Notes: generated from the letters alone by a model not told the origin. 62,990 nucleotides of DNA, filler included, from Octopus bimaculoides (GCF_001194135.2; 7 parts of 7 records of this genome joined end to end with filler, not necessarily neighbours in it); one strand, 5' to 3'; shown: positions 39,735 to 53,133, counted from the whole stretch's first letter. Translations and numbers: made by a program.

Positions 39735-40559
39735 TTCACTCTCTTCATTATTTAGTAGACAGGTGCATGAACAGTCACATTTCTGCGAAACATTCTCTTC
39801 CTTTAGAGAGAATATCTGCAAATGATTGAATTACGCTGTGGTGTGTAAGGATTTTGGCGGAAGATTGTCTTTGCTTTTTCCCTCTCTATTGTTACTGAAT
39901 CACAAGCTGTTTGTTCTGTGGAAATATTTGATATATTTTGCCATGCAGCTGTTGTTTTGTCTGTATATCAGAATTCTTATCGGTTCACTCGGATATATCA
40001 ATAAAGATAATAGTTACCATTTGGAATATATTCATAGGAATCGTTGTAACAGCATTAATATTACGTTGCAGATATAGTGCTCTCATTTTTGATGAATGGA
40101 GAAAACCTTTTCTCAAGTATCACAATGTAGCTTTTAACAAGTTGATAAGCCTGTTTTATTTCAAGACTTTCCTCTCGATTTGCCTTGCGACATGTTGAAA
40201 TAATTTTGCGAAAAGAACCTGACATTTACTTACAAACACACACAAAAGTGTATATATATATAAATAATAAGGGTAAAAAATTGAATATTAATTTGANNNN
40301 NNNNNNAGAGGGATGACCATTAAGTGGACATCTAATGTGCTAGATGTAGACCCCATATGGTCTGACCACTAAGAAAAGATTGCACCAAACGCCACTTAAT
40401 GGTCATTCCTCTTATATGTATGTAATATATATAGGTGTGTTAATTCAAATTACGATGAAAGTAAACAAAGTTTGCTTGAGATGTATTGAAAGGTAAGGAA
40501 ATAATTTTATTCTCAAACGTAGGGCAATGCTAATAACATTTATGCAGAAAAATGGGTCG

Positions 40560-40638
40560 GCAGCCACCAATGAGACACGAACTCGAAATTTTGGGGTTAG
40601 TAGCCCGCGCACTTAACCACTACGCCATATGCCCGTGG
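40560..40638 (-). mobile_element. tRNA-like SINE head
   Basis: GGGCATATGGCGTAGTGGTTAAGTGCGCGGGCTACTAACCCCAAAATTTCGAGTTCG: A- and B-box-like motifs, imperfect cloverleaf. Confidence 0.55.
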
Positions 40639-40663
40639 GCAATTCTGAAGTGAATTTTAGGGC

Positions 40664-41301
40664 CTATAAATCTAATATTTTTCTATCCTTCCTTAATACT
40701 GATTCCCATATGCTGCTCATATTTGCACTCGGTCTGCTTAGGAGGTTGTTGTGTCCAAGCATATGTGCTGCTTCTTTTAGTTTTCGTATTTTCCTGTAGT
40801 GTTCTCTGTCTATTATTTTAACTTCATCCCACAGGGGGAGGTGGTCTCCATTCTTCCATACATGATCAGCTATATCCGATTTATCAATATCTCCTCGTGT
40901 CACAGCTTTGCGATTTTCGTCTACCCTTATTTTGAGGGGGCGACATGTTTGGTCTTTGTATAACCTACCACAGCTGCATGGGATGGAGTACACGCAGTCT
41001 TTGGTCATATTCTCTTCTATTGGTGGTTTTACTGGAAGGAGATATTTGCGAAGTGTATTGTATTACCCTTGAATACTGTCCTGATGTCATATGGGCTGCA
41101 TATTTTTTATCAAGCTCAAAAACGATCTGTTAAGCAACAACTACCCCAAAAGTATACTATTCACTCCAATTAGGAAGAATAGAGAGGATGAGGCCAATAC
41201 ACTGTCCACAGTCTGTCTACCCTATGTGAAAGGCCTCTCCGAAAAGATACAAAAGATATGCGGCCCATATGACATCAGGACAGTATTCAAGAGTAATACA
41301 A
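40664..41301 (-). mobile_element. 5'-truncated Penelope-like retroelement with an inverted 5' segment
   Basis: Minus 41108-40664 encodes a GIY-YIG endonuclease (CVYSIPCSCGRLYKDQTCRPLKIRVDENRK..S.IADHVW); plus 41109-41301 encodes the upstream RT-linker part (CLPYVKGLSEKIQKICGPYDIRTVFKSN). Confidence 0.85.
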
Positions 41302-42329
41302 CAGTGGAGACATCCAAGGAAACCGAACGAAAACAAACATGGAGGGTCGTTAGACCTACGCATCCACGTCCAAGTATAAGTTTATTTTAACCTTTTTGAT
41401 GCGACTCTACTCCTTACTGTTTTCTTCATCCATCTTTCTCTAATTCCCGTTTTCTCTCTCTTCATCGTTTTTTATCTGTCTCTCTCTCCCCTCTTTCTCT
41501 TTTTCTCTCTCTCTCGTTGCTCACACGTGACCATCATCTATCTTTCTTTTCCTCGCGTGACCATTTTTCTTTTCCTGCACGGACGTTCAAAGAACAGGAG
41601 GTTTTCTTTCTCTTTTCTATCTTTTCTTTTTTCAAAGAAAATATTTTTCCCGACGTTCACTATTTACCTCTAACGACCCTCCATGTTTGTTTTCGTTCGG
41701 TTTCCATATTTTTCTCCACTGTCCTGTTTTTGTTCCCAACTTTGACCCTCCATAAATACTAAATCTCATTTTGGAATTTATGGGAGTAACTGTCTTCGAA
41801 GACTCATATTGTCGTTGAATGCTCGAAATGGGAAGTAAATAGACAGCCGACGACTGATGAGGGGTCATTCTCGTTGTTTGCTCGTCCTGTTTTCTATTTT
41901 TTCTCTCGTCGTTTGCGTATTTAACTCGTTTGTTTACGTATTTCATGTTGTTTACACAGTTGGTGACGTCCTGTACCCATATATGCATATATATATATAT
42001 ANNNNNNNNNNNNNNNNNNNNNNNNNNNNNNNNNNNNNNNNNNNNNNNNNNNNNNNNNNNNNNNNNNNNNNNNNNNNNNNNNNNNNNNNNNNNNNNNNNN
42101 NNNNNNNNNNNNNNNNNNNNNNNNNNNNNNNNNNNNNNNNNNNNNNNNNNNNNNNNNNNNNNNNNNNNNNNNNNNNNNNNNNNNNNNNNNNNNNNNNNNN
42201 NNNNNNNNNNNNNNNNNNNNNNNNNNNNNNNNNNNNNNNNNNNNNNNNNNNNNNNNNNNNNNNNNNNNNNNNNNNNNNNNTATATATATATATATATATA
42301 TACTTAGGTAATTTAGATATGTTTGAACC

Positions 42330-42770
42330 AATGATTGGCCCAGGCCATGTCTAATTTAATAGCACTACCTGATAAGATTTGCTAAATTCTTTCTAAGTCA
42401 AGTTTTGGGGTATCATGGTCTTCTTGTTGAGTGAGTTGTATCCTGATATAGGTGGCTTATCTGGTATCCCCTGAAGAAATCTGTCCAGATTCAGTTTAAA
42501 GGTGATGGGATCCTTTTCTTCTTGGATCTGGTTTGGGATAACGTTAAATAGGGAAGAGCATGTTGAGGAAAAGAAATTGTGTTGCAGTGTATTTATGTGT
42601 TGTGATCCAGAATTGGGTAAGGAACGTCTGACCCATGATTCTAGCCTCGGAAGAAGTCTGAAACTAACGTTGAGATCGTTTAAGCAATGCTGGTGGTATA
42701 TTCTCCACATCATGCAAACGATGTATCGCTCACCGCGGCGCTGGAGAGAATAGAGTTTCAGTGCTCTATA
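42330..42770 (-). mobile_element. 3' end of a CR1/L2-type LINE
   Basis: SLFNVIPNQIQEEKDPITFKLNLDRFLQGIPDKPPISGYNSL matches the typical LFN.LP..FK..LD.FL..IPD.P..GY ORF2 terminus. Confidence 0.7.
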
Positions 42771-42800
42771 GATTAAAGGAAGCGGAAAACAAAACACACT

Positions 42801-42869
42801 TCGGTGCGGTGTAAAGATAACACACTTAGTCGCGTTTATGGAGGGATGTGGGTTCGACTCCCACGCGGA
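42801..42869 (+). pseudogene. tRNA-like sequence (tRNA pseudogene or SINE head)
   Basis: D-arm-like GGTGTAAAGATAACAC and a perfect T-arm GTGGG-TTCGACT-CCCAC; acceptor and anticodon stems imperfect. Confidence 0.4.
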
Positions 42870-42981
42870 TAGGAAAGCCTTCTTTTTCTGTCAAGGGTTT
42901 ATATGCCCCTCTATTAGACTAGTTTCCGTAGTCCATGCACGGTGGTCGCCATAAGCTTTAAACTTCTATAAAAATACCTTA

Positions 42982-43027
<46 letters not shown>

Positions 43028-43750
43028 CTTCACTTACCTAATTTTATTGAATTTACTTTCAATCAATTAATTTTTTTAATTATTCAGACATCTAATTATT
43101 GAATTATTTATTATATTATTTGTAGAATTCAGCAAATTCCCCATCTCCTTTTTGCTTTTTATAATTTTTCAAACTCGACCAATATTAAAGAAAAAAATTC
43201 ATGCTAGTTTCTTAGTTGTTTTCCTGCTTAATAGTTTCAGTGATCTAAGATTCGACTTCCGCTCATTGTACACCACTTGTATTTTCACGCTGAAATTATT
43301 TCAAATATATTCTTATGAATTTCTATACATCATTACTAACACATATTTTAAATTAATAAACTTTTAATTCTCAGTCTTTCTTTTCCTCATCTGTTATAAT
43401 CCCTTATTTCTAAATAATATATATTTAATATTCAATATACCATAATACTTTAATCCCGAAACCTTGTATAGGAAACTCAAATAGAACGTATATCATTTTT
43501 TTAAATATATTTTGCAAATGGAAGTTATTCATCAATTTAATATTTAACCCAATATAACATGCTATAGTCACCCATGCATATAATTTATTTTTATGAAGGG
43601 CTAAACACACTTTATGTAATTAAACAACACTGGATACTTATTGTAAGTTTTAAATGAATTCTATTGCAAATACGAATTCGTTATTTTAACCATGCCAAAT
43701 GGTTTTTGAGAAATTAGGAATGATAACAGCAGCGTCTGTTTAAAGTATGC

Positions 43751-43935
43751 AAGCTGGCAGAATCGTTAGCACACCGGACATCAAAATTAACGGCGTTTTT
43801 TCTGATTTTTATATTCTGAGTTCATATTTTGCACTGGTTGACTTTGCCTAGCTTCCCTTTCGTGGTCGATAATATAAATACCATACGATCACTGTGGTCG
43901 ACGTAATCAACTAGGCTTTGTGTCTATAGTAGAAA
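43751..43935 (+). mobile_element. SINE family A (diverged)
   Basis: AGCTGGCAGAATCGTTAGCACACCGGAC head and GGCTTTGTGTCTATAGTAGAAAG tail. Confidence 0.7.
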
Positions 43936-44094
43936 GAATTTTGATAGTTGACTTTCTCTTTTCACCTTTCACATATTTCTCTAGTGCTTCTTCTCCAATT
44001 TCGTAATATATTAATTTTCATTCTTTATAATCTTTAACAATATTAGTTTTCAATACCTTCATCATCTATTTTTTGTATATATATATATATATAA

Positions 44095-44670
44095 AGTTGA
44101 GCAGAGAACCTGCATCAAATTTTACCAAAAGCTTAGCGATACATGCTCAGAAGCCTACACAAAGTTTTCAAATAGTTTTCATCGTTCTCGACACAATCAA
44201 GATCATGTGCAACTGGAGCCCGAGTGTCTTTTCGGTCAGCTGAAAGCAGTTTTGGCACAAGTTTGGCAAACATGTGTCTCATACCCAAATCTTCAGTGAC
44301 AATGGACTGAACTGACCCGTAACTAATCTGCACATCACCCTGATGGTGATTCGGCGATTTCCTCTCACAGCTGCATGCACATCTGCAATGTTTTTCTCAA
44401 TTCTCCTGGTTGCTGGTCACGTAGAACGTTCGTCACTACCGACATTTTCCGGCCATCTTGGGAACGTCCGAACCACTTGTACATTTGTGTGCGGCTCATA
44501 CATCCCTCTCCACACACTTTCTGCAACATTGCGTAGGCCTCTGAGCAGGTATCGCCATGATAACTTTCTCTGTCATGGTCAATGCGACGATCACACGCTA
44601 CACACGTTCCTTCAAAACACTGCTGTAAAGTGGAAGTGAGCTAGAACGTTAAAACTTAGTGCGCATGCAC
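44095..44670 (-). mobile_element. Mariner transposase N-terminal remnant
   Basis: ISYGSVQSIVTEDLGMRHMFAKLVPKLLSADRK (WVP-type linker) on minus; a short inverted N-terminal piece (EQRTCIKF) on plus at 44095-44160. Confidence 0.7.
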
Positions 44671-45124
44671 AGCAGTGTCCAAGGTCAATCTGTGCCAAGC
44701 AGCTTCATTTTGTGTGCTTTAGCTTCGTTACTGTGGAGGCGCAATGACCCAGTGGTTAGGNNNNNNNNNNNNNNNNNNNNNNNNNNNNNNNNNNNNNNNN
44801 NNNNNNNNNNNNNNNNNNNNNNNNNNNNNNNNNNNNNNNNNNNNNNNNNNNNNNNNNNNNNNNNNNNNNNNNNNNNNNNNNNNNNNNNNNNNNNNNNNNN
44901 NNNNNNNNNNNNNNNNNNNNNNNNNNNNNNNNNNNNNGGGGACATAGAAACCGGGAAACCGGGCCTATGAGTCTGGTTAGGCATTAAAAGGGCACAAAGA
45001 AAAAGAAGCTTCGTTACTACGGCAACAGTCCGGATACATATTGATCAGACCTAGTATATGCACACATATGTGTTTTACGCACGTGTGCGTGCGTGCGTGT
45101 GTGTGTGTGTGTGTATGTGTGTGT

Positions 45125-45167
<43 letters not shown>

Positions 45168-45267
45168 NNNNNNNNNNNNNNNNNNNNNNNNNNNNNNNNN
45201 NNNNNNNNNNNTTAATTAATTAANNNNNNNNNNNNNNNNNNNNNNNNNNNNNNNNNNNNNNNNNNNN
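45168..45267. other. Assembly pad N44-TTAATTAATTAA-N44
   Basis: Identical 100-bp pad. Confidence 0.9.
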
Positions 45268-45270
45268 CAT

Positions 45271-47937
45271 TATTTTATTTTATGTTTGACTTTTGCTTTG
45301 CATTTGTACAAGTTGTCTCCAAATCTCACTCAAAGACCTCAAGAGACAACAAGTTAGAAGTTCATGTTGGTGTTATGCCTAGGGTGTCATATATTTGGTT
45401 TTGTACATGGTGTTCATCTACAGAAGGTTTAAGAAAACATAAGAAAATAAGTTTTGTTTTAAAATTTCAGATTACATAGACAGTAGTTTATGTAGGATAT
45501 GAGCATTTCCCATGAGCACTATCTTTTGAATTTCTACTAATTTGGGGATTACCTGGTATCTGAACTAGGTAGCAAACAGCCACTTTTGCTATCATTCCTA
45601 GGGCACCTATCACAATAGGTATTGTTTAAGTCTTCAGGTTTCACATTTTGCTAATCTCTTTTTCAAGATCTTTATACTTGCTCCGTTTTTGGTAGGTCTT
45701 GACAAATACGTTTATATCGAATGGGACAGTCATATCAATGAGGAGACAGGATTTTTGTCTGAAGTCTTTCAATATAATGTCTAACCTATTTGTATCTATC
45801 TTTCTATCAGTTTGAATGGTGAAGTTCCAGAGGAGTGCAATGTGATCATTTTCAAATACTGTAGGTTGTTTGTGTTCCCACCAGTTTTTATCATGGGACA
45901 AGTCCAGGGTTTTGCAAATTACCCAGTGAATATATTGTGCAGTTCTATCATGCCTGTTGAGATACTCCGTAGGCGCCAGAGGACTGCACATGGTGACAAC
46001 ATGATCAATAGTCTCATTTTGTTGTTGACATACACGACATACTGGGGAGCTGCTGTTCCTTAATATGTTGGCCTGGTAGTTACTTGTAGGTAGGCATTGA
46101 TCTTGGGTTGCTATCATAAACCCTTCTGTTTCTGATTTTAAGCCAGAAGTCATTAGCTATTGATGGGTAAGGGTTATATCAACATCGGCATTATTCGATC
46201 TCTTTGAGTACTTGTCATTGAGAGATTTTTCTTGCCATTTGTCAGTCAAAATATCTAAGGCAACAATTTTCGCGGGTTTTCATACGCTTAGCTTTTTCTG
46301 CGCTTGTTTCTCGTACGTCTAATTCTGGAATTTGTTGTATTTGGAATTCACTTAGATATTCCTTTGCCTGTTTTGTTACTGAGAATGATGCTTTCTTGTT
46401 TTCATGTTTTGAGACAAGTTTTAATATCCAGTCCTCAGAGTTTTTCAGGTAGGTGTGTAAGCCAGTTGTGGCAATATTTATTGTTAATACCAGTTGTAAA
46501 GGTCCACGGTCTCCCTCTTTTCTTGGCAGATAAAGTCGTTCTATATCTATATATTTTTGAACATGTTGTTCTTGAAGAATCCAACGTGCTTTTCATACCT
46601 TTCCATGCGGGCAGCTTTAGCACGTACATTTTGCTTGATGGTTTTTATGGAGGTATCAACGTCAAATATGGTTTTCATATTATATTTTTTTCTTTAATTT
46701 TCGTAGGTTTGCTAGTCTTGTTAAACTTAAAGTTTTTCAAACATTCCATGTCGGACCTAAGTAGCTTAATTTGGTGTTGAATACGTTGTTGCAAAGAAGG
46801 CTTTTTGTGTGAATGTTGTCGTTTTCTAATATTTTTACCACATAGAATTGTTGAGATTTTTGCGGATGCATTGTACAGGTGGTTAAGATCTGTAATATCA
46901 ACATCATTAGCTGAAATTATATCCTTAAGTGCAAGGTGAATTTTATCAATTATTTTCAGGTTTTAGTTAGAATTGCGAAATTTTGGGAGAGTATCGCATT
47001 CATTGATATTGGTTTCTTTAATTTTCAGCCATTCAATCATGATTTGATTTTTTGATCATGTAGTTCTGTTGGGTCAATTTCTGTGTGATTCTCTTCATCT
47101 ATTTGATTTTCATCTGTCTTAGTGTTTATGGTTGGTTCAGAGAGCATTTCACTTTGCCTATTAGTTATATTAACTCTTTCAATTATTACTGCATTTTCAT
47201 CAGCCTTAGGCTGATCTATAATTATTTCCTCTGTAGTATCTTCTTTAGCTACAGCTTCGTTCTTTTTATCCCTTACTGCTTGTTTAATTTGGTCAATCTC
47301 TACTTCAGTTAGTAATTTTTTTTCATAATGTTTCTTCTGACGTTGGCAAGTTTGTTACTGTCTATGTAGGGTCTTACTTCAAGGTGTTTCTGTCTCCAGT
47401 TTAATTAGGTTTGTACAGTATTAGATTTAATTGTGGGGAAATATATGGCATGGTAGAAGGCCGTTAGAACTTCTTTATTATCTTCCCTAGACCATTTTTC
47501 ATTCTTTTTCTTTTGGTTGTTTGATGACGAGCATGGAATATTCCGGTTGTGGGGGTACTTCCTGTGTGTCAGGAAATTTTGAACCAGTAGCTGATTTCTC
47601 GTATCGAATCTGGTTCCTCATTCGAGTACGTGGCCTTTTGTAACCCGGTCGATGACCATTACGGTTTGTATTTTGCTTTGTTAACAGTGAGGCATGACGA
47701 GCTACAACGTTGACATTAGGGGGCGGATTTGTCTGATTAGGGTTAATTTTTTGAGACAACACCGTCTCCGAGTTCTCTGCATATAAACATTGCTCGTAAC
47801 GTAGCTTCTTAAGGCTAACAGACCTACATCCACAGGTTCCTTTATCTAATTCCATCGATGTTATTGGATTAGATTTCTTTTTGAATGGGGAGCCTGGTGT
47901 AGCACGTTCATATTGTTATTCAGCGCGGGGCTCATTT
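45271..47937 (-). mobile_element. R4/Dong-clade non-LTR retrotransposon with the RT domain deleted
   Basis: N-terminal KWSREDNKEVLTAFYHA, NKLANVRRNI and RAKAARMERYEK; post-RT ERLYLPRKEG.RG; GLKSETEG, CRVC..ETIDHVVTMC zinc knuckle and an RLE endonuclease motif (NRLDII..IDMTVP.D.N..K..KYKDL). A-rich 3' tail; 5' end abuts an (AAC/AAG/TAA)n tract. Confidence 0.85.
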
Positions 47938-48101
47938 GTTGTTGTTGTTGTTGTTGTTCTTCTTTTTGTTGTTGTTGTTATTGTTCTTCTTCTTCTTCTT
48001 CTTCTTTTTGTTGTTGTTGTTGTTGTTGTTGTTGTTCTTCTTCNNNNNNNNNNCTCCTCCTCCTCCTCCTCCTCCTCCTCCTTCTTCTTCTTCTTCTTCT
48101 T

Positions 48102-48132
<31 letters not shown>

Positions 48133-48140
48133 TTATTATT
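47938..48140. repeat. Compound (GTT/CTT/CCT/TTA)n microsatellite
   Basis: Simple repeat runs. Confidence 0.9.
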
Positions 48141-48737
48141 ATCGAGTGGGAGAGCAGTGCATGCTATCAAGTGACAATGGGGTATAAATTTACGCAACCC
48201 AGTATCCCCATCATGACTACCCGTCTGATCAGGGTACACCTGGCACATGCATCAGAACCATATGTGCACAGCATGGTGATCTCATATTAAAATAAACAGC
48301 GCATGACCTTGTAGATGGGCCCAGTTATAATTCTCTTCAGGTCGAATAGCCCATCTCGCTCAATAAGGTTTGTTTAAGAATGCTGAATGAAAAACCCATG
48401 TTTCCAGACGAGAATTATTCAAGCCCCAAAGAATTCCTCTCAACACATGGCTATTATGGTCCAAAAAATAAACCTCGGGACTTATTTTTGTAAGCCTAGT
48501 ACTTATCCTATCGTTCTCTTGCTGGACCTCTAAGTTACGGAGGGCAAAAACACAAAAAAGCACAAAGACGAGGTGAAAGGACAAATAATANNNNNNNNNN
48601 NNNNNNNNNNNNNNNNNNNNNNNNNNNNNNNNNNNNNNNNNNNNNNNNNNNNNNNNNNNNNNNNNNNNNNNNNNNNNNNNNNNNNNNNNNNNNNNNNNNN
48701 NNNNNNNNNNNNNNNNNNNNNNNNNNNNNNNNNNNNN

Positions 48738-48777
<40 letters not shown>

Positions 48778-50123
48778 ATACATGTGTATCTATCTATCTA
48801 TCTATCTAAATATACATACACATACATATACGCACACTCGCGCACACATATATTGTACTTATTGGATCATGTAGGTTAAGGTAAATGATGCCTGAAAAAT
48901 CCTGTTACTCATATTTGGAAAGCGTTTGATCATCATACGCCTGTTTAATTAAGGCTGACCTGGGAACAGCACAAGATCTCATTGATTTCAGAAGGAAATA
49001 AAAGAACCACAAACTGTGCTTTTTGACTGCTAAACCACGCTCAAAACCATATGCTGTTTTTAGAATGGAACAAAATTAAGTCGGCACTTCAATATTTAAC
49101 TATAGCAGAAATGAATGTGCGTGTAACAGTATTTACCCGTGTACAATCCATATTAATTTATGTCCTATTATGTAGTTACTTTTTCTTAAAACCATCTATA
49201 CATTGCTGTGTGTGAATTTGGAGAGAAACAGGTAAATAATAATTTGTATCTCTGCTAGTGACAATTGAAATGCATTTGATCATAGTTCTGTGTTTCATAA
49301 TATAAAATACTGGGGTAAACAGGAAAAGAAAGAAGAACCTAGAATTATAATAACTAATATTAGATAATTATAACGAAATAATATGTTAGAAAATATATCT
49401 TAGGTCTGTCATTTCAAAACAGGCTCTATGACTGTGATGGGTTTCGATAATATTTTTAACTGCTAAATTTCGCTCAAAGAGTTTTGGTCATGCCATGGCT
49501 TTTGTAGAAGACACGTAATGATTCGGATATTAAAACTCATATTTGCAAAGTGGACGTTTCAACCACAAAGTCAGAGTTGCACTAATACTTCTTTGTTGAA
49601 TTTATTCTCAATTTTCCCTTCATTTAATCAATAATATACAACTACATAAATTGGTATAAAGAAAATGTAATGAATTGTTTTTAGATTTAATTGAGTCAAT
49701 ATTTCATTGCGAACTCATTTACCCAAAATATCTGTTGCTAAGTCTGTGTGATCCCTCACATTTCTTCCTGTGATTCATCACGAATTCAATAGCAGTAATC
49801 ACGTGTCATTTGGTTGCAATTACACATGTTAAATGCAATACAAATGTGGATGTGGAGTGATGGACGACCGTGCAAACATTTCGGAAGATTTAAACATTTA
49901 ATTAAAAAGTTAATATGGAAATTTCGAGGTCTAGGAAATATTTATATTAAGAAAGTGCGCAGGTGCTCTAGCATGGCCTTCGAAGTGATGGTTTAATCAG
50001 ACTTCATAGAATTAAAGAACGGCCAATTCGATAATGTTAATAACACATCTGAAGAACTCAGATATCTATGAATGAATAAATGCAGAGAAATTTGTAGATG
50101 TCTCACTCTCTCTCACTAAGTGC

Positions 50124-50158
<35 letters not shown>

Positions 50159-51899
50159 TGTATGTATGTATGTATGTATGCATGTATGTATGTATGTATG
50201 TATGTATGTATGTATGTATGTATATATATANNNNNNNNNNATGGTACTTAAGTTGAAGTACTACAATTTACTATAGTATTGTCCATACAATTTCAAAATA
50301 AGGTGATTAAAATCAAAATAAGCAACAAGGATATTCAGAGGTAATGCAGTACGATCGTTTCACGCAACTCCATTTAATTGAACAATGCAACAATTACATC
50401 AATTTAAATGCAGAGAAATCCTCAGCTGTACAAAGACATAGAATTTAATTGAATTGAAACAGATGGAGACATTAGTATAATTTTACCTAAAATCTCCAAG
50501 AAGTTAAGGAGATAGACAAAAACATGCTGCCCTCACTTTAGCTTAGAAGCTACTAAGGTATCAGGAAGAAAGACTTGCTACAGATTTTGCTTGTCACTGT
50601 TTTATGGGGTCAGTTTTAATATATAAACTAGCTTTATCAAATCCTTGTATATCTAAGGTCGAGAAGACAAGGGGCAGTGTCCGTTAGGGGTAGGGCTGAG
50701 AGAGTCGACAGAAATCATAGTGGGTATAGTCATAAAAGAATCAAGATATATTAGAAGCAATATCATGAGATTTGGTAAAGGAAAAAGCTTAAATCAAGAT
50801 GTTATCTGACAATAATGAAATAGGAAATCTTATCATGTAGTACTATAGTTAAATATTTTAAGCAATATTGCTATATTGTATAAAGATAAAGTTTAGGGTT
50901 ATTCAGAGGATTATTAAGAAGAGTATTATAACAAAAGGATAAAAACTTTTTGAATACTTTTGTGTATATACCAAACTTTTACCACAATAGAGGGAGGAAA
51001 AGAAATTATCTAGAAATAGTTTAATATTCATACATATTATATACTTAAATACTAACTTATCAGATTGTATCTGTGAATATTGATCAATTGGTATATATGG
51101 GTATTTAATAAGGAGTACAGATGTAATAGAACATGCTAACTATATATTGATTAAATTATAATCTAAGTAATTTATTATATGTAGTGAATATACCAGTATT
51201 GTTTTATATAAGCTAAGTATGAATTTATAGAGGTACAAAAATTAGTTTTATTTTATAAATAAATAAAGGTTATATAAAATAATAAAGAAATAAAATAATC
51301 AGGTAGGGCAGAACACCATAGAAAAGGAATAAAATAGCTTAATCACTAAAAACATAAGTATATGTAGCTTATTAACAACAATAGAGAAGATTTATGGAAA
51401 ATGTATAATAATTCAAAATATATTAAACTAAAAATTATATATTTACTTATTTAGCTAGTATCAATAAAGACTGATACCTAGTATTAGCTAGATATTTATG
51501 TTATAAGACATTCTAATTTTACGCTAATTTTTTTCAAAACTAAGGGTTATATTATAGGTTTAAGAAGATGTTACTGTTACTCCATACATGATATTTATAG
51601 TTTTTTAGGGCACTTAATTAGAAGGGCTATTTATATAAAGGCCCTTATAAATACTAAGATTAGGAGGGTAGAGTACTTTAAGAAAGGGATAAATCAAGTA
51701 ATTTCTAAAGATCATTTCAAGCAATATTGTGATATTGCATAAAGTTAAAATTTAGTGTAGTCAAAAAGAATTATTAAGAATGATATTATAACAAAAGGAG
51801 GAAACCTCTTTGGATACTTTTGAGTATATACCAAATATAGTCAACGAGAGTATTTGTAAGAGCAAAAGTTGATTTAGTGATTTTTGTGCTTTAGTCACA

Positions 51900-52300
51900 A
51901 AAAGCATACCTGATACGAATGATTGCAAGAAAGTAGTTACTATTCATTCGCCATGTGATTTAAAATGGGAGCTGTATTGGTTTGCGGTGTCTCTGGAATG
52001 GCATTCATATTTTCTAAACTTCAAATAATATCCACAGAAACGTTACGCTTCTTCACTTATTTTGTAAAGTTTTGTTCCTCTCGACAACAAATCTTGAGCG
52101 TAATAATCCTTGACTCACTCTTGGAATAAATTTCCCACTTCTCGATGCTGTTGGTATGAAACCCATCCGAACTTCAGTCTTCCTAGGTCTCGTTCGAATA
52201 TCTGCTACTAAATGTCTCTTTACGTTCTGCGTTCAAATATCACCAAATTGAATCATAATTTCAATCTTACTAAGGCCAATGAAATAGTCACTTTTAATTA
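51900..52300 (-). mobile_element. Probable Merlin/IS1595-like transposase remnant
   Basis: Minus translation GFHTNSIEKW (52125-52165) resembles the ISXO2-type G.HTN.IE..W motif; otherwise decayed. Confidence 0.4.
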
Positions 52301-53102
52301 ATTGTACTCTCCTGCAGACGTATATTTAAGTAACAAAATAACCAACATTTTGTAATGATGTCATCTGCGACTCAACTAGTTGATTATATTTTTCTATAAT
52401 TTTATAATTAGTACATTTTTATTCACATTTTTCACATTATTCCAGACAAGCGTTTTAAAGGCAATAATTTAGATTTAAAAAAATTCTTAGGGACACTTCG
52501 TTGTTCTGCTTCGTTACATTTGAGAAAACTGTTTCTTGAATTACAGCCTACTCATTGGTTTGTAAACTTAAATTCATAACAGCACATTTGGAGCTAGTGA
52601 AGCAATACAACTTATAAAATACAAAGTAAGCGTTGTAAAATATTGCAAAACACCCCACAAAATAAAAAGAAAAAAACAAACCAACAAACAGACAAAAACC
52701 GATTATTCCACGAAACGATAAAATGTGATATATAACAAACAGAATGCCATACAATCACCTCCAACTGATAAACAGAGAATCGTGATAGCTGCAGCTCATT
52801 GACTAATTACTTATTCAAGTAATATTTCATGATTATTGAAATATTTTCGTTTCCGCGACTGATGAATCTATCATACTTCTCTCCTCTACTTTCACTCCCT
52901 CTTTCTCGTACAGTGTATACATGGTTTTGTTAACTATTTACCCTCTCTTTATATAATAAATTGAACTCGCTTTTATAATGTATACTATACTTAATTAGTG
53001 TCTTTGTTTTTCTATACTTTATACATATTAAATACATACTGGCAGAAACACACACACGTAGTGTAAACTCAATGCACATGAGAGCTACACACACACACTC
53101 TG

Positions 53103-53133
<31 letters not shown>

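Noticed and set aside
50241-51840. Numt interpretation of the AT-rich block
   Set aside because: No recognisable mitochondrial protein, rRNA or tRNA motifs in any frame I could read.
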